Shown piece after piece: positions 60,101 through 64,000 of a DNA stretch of 64,000 nucleotides (the stretch's first letter is position 1; every line of letters begins with the position of its first letter). A model generated the notes under the pieces. It had not been told where the DNA came from, did not search any database, and saw only the letters and a list, made by a program, of their open reading frames with translations. Location: the NCBI GenBank assembly GCA_963667015.2, contig CAXXJJ010000004.1, forward strand, positions 832,001 through 896,000, given 5' to 3'. Position numbers and translations under genes: made by a program. The stretch is from Desulfatiglandales bacterium. GTDB taxonomy: Bacteria; Desulfobacterota; DSM-4660; Desulfatiglandales; HGW-15.

Positions 60101-63100
60101 TCAACAAACTCCTCGCTTTCAAAGGCATTCATGAACGTCAACCCGGCCAAGGGTACCCCTTACGAGATAAAAGAGAAAAATCAGTAACCGGTGATACCAG
60201 GACTCTTTACCAGCGTACAAACATAAAACCATGGCCGTCTGATTTTCCGAATGTCACAAATCATACTCATGTAAGCAAATTAAAAAGTCACCCAAAATAT
60301 AAGGCAGGTAAAGCCGGAGATGTGGAGTCCGCCATTGAGGTAGCTCGGGACCTCGTAAACATTGAAAAGGCAAAGGCTTTAAAAGAGAAACACCCAAACG
60401 CGATACTTGTGCCTGTCATCTCTCTTGAAAGCGGGGGACATAATAAACTACCTTTAGAACTGGCTATTGCCATATCTGAAATAACAGGCCTTGAATTCAC
60501 TCATGACATATATCAGACCAATTATGTTGATAGAACGCATGAAGATGAGATAGGCAAATTATTGACTCCGATAGCGTTTGATGGTAATATTATTGAAGGT
60601 CAGGAATACATCCTGGTTGATGATGCTGTTGGTCAGGGCGGGACGCTTTCCTCACTCCGGCATTTTATAGAGAACAATGGCGGGATAGTTGTAGATGTCA
60701 CCGCATTCGGATCCGGCAGATACGCATCAAGGCTCTCGGTAAAACCTGAAACAATAAAAAAAATCGAGACAGAACATGGCAGAGAACAAACAGAAAAATT
60801 CCTTAAAGACTTCAACATCGCAGGAACCCTTGAGTCCCTCACAGAAAAACAGGCTCGAAAGATCCTCAGCAAGAGCCTTGACGAGCTTAGAGCTGAAGCA
60901 GTTAAAAGAGGATACAGCCCAGGCAGTGAAGATGTCCAGGGGCAGATTCAAAGACCTGGCGTAACTGATCGCAAGCTGTATCAAAATGAAATCCCTTCCA
61001 TACGCCACTGGATTGCAAGTAAGGGCGGAGTTAATCCCAATGACAAGACATGGAAAGGTGAATTTAATGATTTAAAAACAAAAAAAGGATTTCCCAAGAA
61101 TTTCTGGAATGAAAACGCCCTCAGCCTTGATGACCTGACTGCAACCGCAATAACCGAAGGCTGGTTACCTCCCGGGAGCACGGATCAGGATTTATTTGAC
61201 GCTATCGAAAGTAACATGGAAAGCCCGTTTACTTCCGATATTGACGCAGACTTAAAAGCATATAATGAATGGGCATGGGAGAATTATGATGGTGATGAAC
61301 AAGCGATTAGAAGAGATGAAGAACAGGTTAGAGCCGATCTTAACAACAAAATTAGAAGAGCGGCTGAAAACCTTGCTAAAAGAAAGGCTGTTGAAGAAGT
61401 ATCAAAAAAATTAGGGATCGATGTTGAGTTAACTGCAGATGATGAAAATTATCTTCAGGAACTATCAGAAGTCGAATACAATAACCTTTTTGATACTGAA
61501 ACCACTGGCAATCGCGGTTCAATAGAAAATCTCTTCACTGATGATCCTGCTATCATCCGAGCTTTTCAGGGCGCGGACCCCTCCACTCCAATACACGAAA
61601 CAGGTCACTTACTAACCAAAATTCTATATAAAACCAGGCGCGAAGACTATCTGGCACTTGCTGACTGGGCCGGAGTAGAACAGGAAAGGGCTGATCAGGG
61701 TATTAACACCTGGTCCGATGAAGAGCTTGAAAAGGTCGCCCGTGGATTTGAACGGTATATCATGGAGGGCAAGGCACCTACCATGCGCCTGCAACCCATA
61801 TTCAGGAAGTTCAAGCAATGGCTGATACAAATCTATAGATCGGTTACCGCGTTAAATGTAGATATCTCACCAAAGGTCAGGGAAGTTTTTGACCGCCTCG
61901 TTTCAACCGAAGAGGAAAGGATCAATGATCCTGTCATGGGTGTCCTCGAATGGTTAAATGTCGATAATGTTAATGCGTCCATAAGACCGGGATCTCCCGT
62001 CTCATATGAGAATATCACAGCCCGGGCTAAAAAAACCGTCCTCAGCCGGGTACTGGAAAAAAGAAAGAAGGATAAAAAGACAATCGCCAAACAGTTCAGG
62101 CAGGCTGCGGATGAACTTGTTGAGGATATGGATGTTTATCATATCATGAATGATCTGGTTGGACTCCAGGGTCTTGATATGTTTGCGATCAAGGCCGAAT
62201 ACGGTGAACGCATAGTAAAAGACTTAAATGAGAAAAAAAGAGGATTGGCTACTGAAAACGGTGTGGATCCGGAAAAATACTCCGGAATGTGGGGATATGA
62301 TTCGGTCGGGGACATGATTAACGAGATTCTATCCTCGGACGATAAAAAGTCGGCGGCAAATGAAATATACAAAAGGCTATGGGCCGAATATGAAAATGTG
62401 CTTAATGAGGACCATGTTGATATTTATGGCCAGGTAATCGATGAAGAGATAAAGATTCTTGATGAGTTACTGGGTAAAGAGACAAAGGCCGAGAAATCCC
62501 CAAAATCAATTATCAGGGAAAAAACTGGCCAGGTAAGGCCCGAAGATTACAGAAAATTAAGGGATGATCTGAAGAGAGATGAATCAACTACACGCCAGGC
62601 ATTTCGGCAGGGCAAACTTGAAGAGGCCGCAAGATTAAAAAGGAAACAGAAAGAAACGGTTTCCAAGATGCGGAGAGCGGTTAAAGACTCCCGTGAACGT
62701 ACAAAAACAATAAAAAGGATGAAAAGCTACTTAAGGATGAAGGTCAATACGTTGCCCGTAGATTACAAAGAACAGATTGCTGACATCCTTAATCGTTATT
62801 TTGTATTACCTCCCAAATACCAGAGGATACGCGCCCGTGAATCCCTTGAGAACCTGCTTGACCGTGCTGAAGCTGAAGGGGAAAACGTGGATGTTCCCCG
62901 CATGATCTTCAGAAATAAGCTTCCGGATCCTCCGTCTCAAAGACAGGTGAAAGAGTACACGACCCGTACCGGTAGAACGGTAAAAGCTCATAACGCCAAT
63001 GAACCAATGTCCCTGGAAGATATACAGATTATTGCTCAACTTGTGGATTCAATAGCATACCTGGGAAAAACAAAGGGTAAACTAATTGCGGGAAACCGGA

Positions 63101-64000
63101 AAAGAGACCTTGAGGAAACTGTAAAAAATCTTGTTGAAAAAATATTCTCCGCCCACAAACCAAAGCCCGAACAAACCCCGTGGGAAATCATCGATAAGGA
63201 GCAAAAAAAGGTCCAGGCCGTCGAACGAATGAAGACTTTTTTCCTTGAGGAGCTTGATCAACCGGAGTTTATAGTCAGGGCATTGGACGGATGGGAGGAC
63301 CTGGGGCCTGTCTGGGAAGAAATAATAAAGCCCATTAAAGAGGCATGGGATAAAGAGCTGGTTATGGGTTCTGACATTACCAATGAATTGAAAAATGCCT
63401 TTGATAAAGCGGGGGCTGACAGAGCATGGGCAAATGAAAAGGTTGAAATTACACTCGGGCCTGAAGGGGAAGAAAAATCCGGTAATCGGAGGAAAGAGGA
63501 ATTGTTTATGATTGCTCTTAACTCTGGTAATGAAGGAAACAGGGCTGCACTTAAACAGGGTTACGGGTATACCGATGCTCAGTTAAACACTATCTGGGAG
63601 TCTTTGAGTAAAAAAGAAAAACAGCTTTGTCATGACATATGGGATATCCTGGACAGTCTCTTCCCGATGCTTGAAGATGTTCATCTTAAACATACCGGCG
63701 CCCGTCTCATAAAGGTTGAAGGTAAATATTTTCCATTGATGTTTGACCGGTCACTTTCCGAGGTGGCTGAAAAATATTCACAAGAAAGAGAGCTCAAAGA
63801 TATTTTTGCCTCGGAATATCATATGACAAAGCCGGAGTGGGGGCACAGAAAAGAGCGCGTAGGCGGGAAAATGCCTCCGCTTCTCTCTATAAGTGTGCTG
63901 CAGGAACATGTGCAGAAAACAATCCATGACATAACTCATCAACTGGCTGTTCGTGATATACAAAAAATAATTTCTCATCCCCGTTTCCGGGAAGCTGTTA
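57097..64000 (+). CDS. Giant polyvalent ejection protein (>2300 aa, 3' truncated; absent from the ORF track) with zeta-toxin-like kinase, PRTase and HExxH domains
   Basis: Frame +1 reads open at every point I translated from ATG 57097/57109; AGLPWAGKST (~59450), ILVDDAVGQGGTL (~60610), STPIHETGH (~61580). Confidence 0.85.
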   Translation, partial: MKTKMNDDFDLDLSGIQQSGGTKTVNEDDIDVTGIKPDASLKRWFGSFVQRSKESVRSIARSQRLDILFGHDPYINPELMQNPMAYAEALRLREVSKRNRAINELSEEIPDLQPTEADIQMRMIDVDKRDRQEIASWWEGLERSEFLQTAPEYEGISSGMIEDITGAIGSSWLGSLSVGVNPVIGSEVIFRQMHGATSESLEKKGVPLEKAHFAGQAAAAISLPLELLGEAFKFKAFFPNTGKWVTRLLLAGEAFGGEALTEYLQQYPETGAEIWAMNPDLLAEELILHMGDAFWSLDFQKEAGYSGLIGGFAALGTAGAVQASVGSVNYLISEKQRRINKAKSQKFADLISKENPSAQDVQELIKLAGIQKNILTDIKGDNLSDIVEEVKARVMFQSEPIKSIARDQIKSTIKLHKNFTNEHAEAYMAIWDGIAHSLTESGDISSPDEFYNMWRFENESGESVTGRNVLYQSGERVVQFMGYQDLLMTGQPQPVFEIIESPDTAEIGSTLTERGLKERLIEVPEYSRAEYKSSLSPERRADLLWKEVEKGPEALQRSRQKYIKETVGIDIGPQFEKDKSYLRSTPKQEVPIQDVINNPKATETEVIAEKLKLKSQVVAGVQSGAFDGAVRFGTVDEIKSILKEGRMQASAEYGAIHAQPIMGKNDNTFAAYGSYKKHNMAIVFPKESVRKKPEAHTKEVLIDDKVNVRDLKFLIDGHEKIYTFDELEGALKQKPAEARTLYQQQLPQKAHIPVTPEEEKALIDMAFEGKVPATEKGERPDIKLTAGLPWAGKSTSLDAVADKDRVIANSDDVKKQAGYASEADKFHEESSKIAKKIVDKALAEDYHLTYDSLLSNFDLADKIINDALDQGKDVSVHFAYVDAITSRVRSLVRVFEGKSERQIPDGAIIKGHNRVLPTFMELYKKYGKNPDVHFYLKDNNVDFRNPVPIIENSVIINSKAFDNIRDIEYNKISTEDGVRYERKEKETTESLRNEEAEINQRINKLLAFKGIHERQPGQGYPLRDKREKSVTGDTRTLYQRTNIKPWPSDFPNVTNHTHVSKLKSHPKYKAGKAGDVESAIEVARDLVNIEKAKALKEKHPNAILVPVISLESGGHNKLPLELAIAISEITGLEFTHDIYQTNYVDRTHEDEIGKLLTPIAFDGNIIEGQEYILVDDAVGQGGTLSSLRHFIENNGGIVVDVTAFGSGRYASRLSVKPETIKKIETEHGREQTEKFLKDFNIAGTLESLTEKQARKILSKSLDELRAEAVKRGYSPGSEDVQGQIQRPGVTDRKLYQNEIPSIRHWIASKGGVNPNDKTWKGEFNDLKTKKGFPKNFWNENALSLDDLTATAITEGWLPPGSTDQDLFDAIESNMESPFTSDIDADLKAYNEWAWENYDGDEQAIRRDEEQVRADLNNKIRRAAENLAKRKAVEEVSKKLGIDVELTADDENYLQELSEVEYNNLFDTETTGNRGSIENLFTDDPAIIRAFQGADPSTPIHETGHLLTKILYKTRREDYLALADWAGVEQERADQGINTWSDEELEKVARGFERYIMEGKAPTMRLQPIFRKFKQWLIQIYRSVTALNVDISPKVREVFDRLVSTEEERINDPVMGVLEWLNVDNVNASIRPGSPVSYENITARAKKTVLSRVLEKRKKDKKTIAKQFRQAADELVEDMDVYHIMNDLVGLQGLDMFAIKAEYGERIVKDLNEKKRGLATENGVDPEKYSGMWGYDSVGDMINEILSSDDKKSAANEIYKRLWAEYENVLNEDHVDIYGQVIDEEIKILDELLGKETKAEKSPKSIIREKTGQVRPEDYRKLRDDLKRDESTTRQAFRQGKLEEAARLKRKQKETVSKMRRAVKDSRERTKTIKRMKSYLRMKVNTLPVDYKEQIADILNRYFVLPPKYQRIRARESLENLLDRAEAEGENVDVPRMIFRNKLPDPPSQRQVKEYTTRTGRTVKAHNANEPMSLEDIQIIAQLVDSIAYLGKTKGKLIAGNRKRDLEETVKNLVEKIFSAHKPKPEQTPWEIIDKEQKKVQAVERMKTFFLEELDQPEFIVRALDGWEDLGPVWEEIIKPIKEAWDKELVMGSDITNELKNAFDKAGADRAWANEKVEITLGPEGEEKSGNRRKEELFMIALNSGNEGNRAALKQGYGYTDAQLNTIWESLSKKEKQLCHDIWDILDSLFPMLEDVHLKHTGARLIKVEGKYFPLMFDRSLSEVAEKYSQERELKDIFASEYHMTKPEWGHRKERVGGKMPPLLSISVLQEHVQKTIHDITHQLAVRDIQKIISHPRFREAV

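Larger units (their letters stand above)
15300..64000. mobile_element. Podovirus-like temperate prophage (continues past the window)
   Basis: Gene order int, early genes, cI/cro, rep, terS, terL, portal, scaffold, MCP, adaptor, nozzle, ejection proteins. Confidence 0.9.

Noticed and set aside
1..64000. Complete DGR, retron or integron integrase
   Set aside because: No reverse transcriptase ORF recognised; the only tyrosine recombinase looks like a phage integrase next to att

Overview
The window is entirely phage-derived. It shows two different temperate elements meeting at a 3' fragment of a selenocysteine tRNA gene (15231-15299), which serves as the att core. The left element (1-~15230, all minus strand) carries a lambda-like cos site, a D5/P4 primase-helicase with iteron-like repeats, a DnaG-type primase, a C5 methyltransferase, a SLOG protein, a PRTase-TerS-like fusion and a GpA-type TerL. 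It also has two cargo inserts: an integron-type gene cassette (444-1864) and an NTPase-TPR gene whose 11 x 120-bp repeats vary almost only at coding-strand adenines, non-synonymously. The right element (15300->64000) is a podovirus-like prophage. It has an integrase, an early operon (MTase, nuclease, helicase, SbcCD, initiator-like tRNA-Met), attC-bounded cargo between PL and cI, cI/cro, an initiator with ori, TerS/TerL, portal, scaffold, capsid and adaptor genes. Its nozzle gene is split by a ~3-kb insertion, and a >2300-aa polyvalent ejection protein runs off the window end. All product calls come from motif recognition by eye; no database searches were run.
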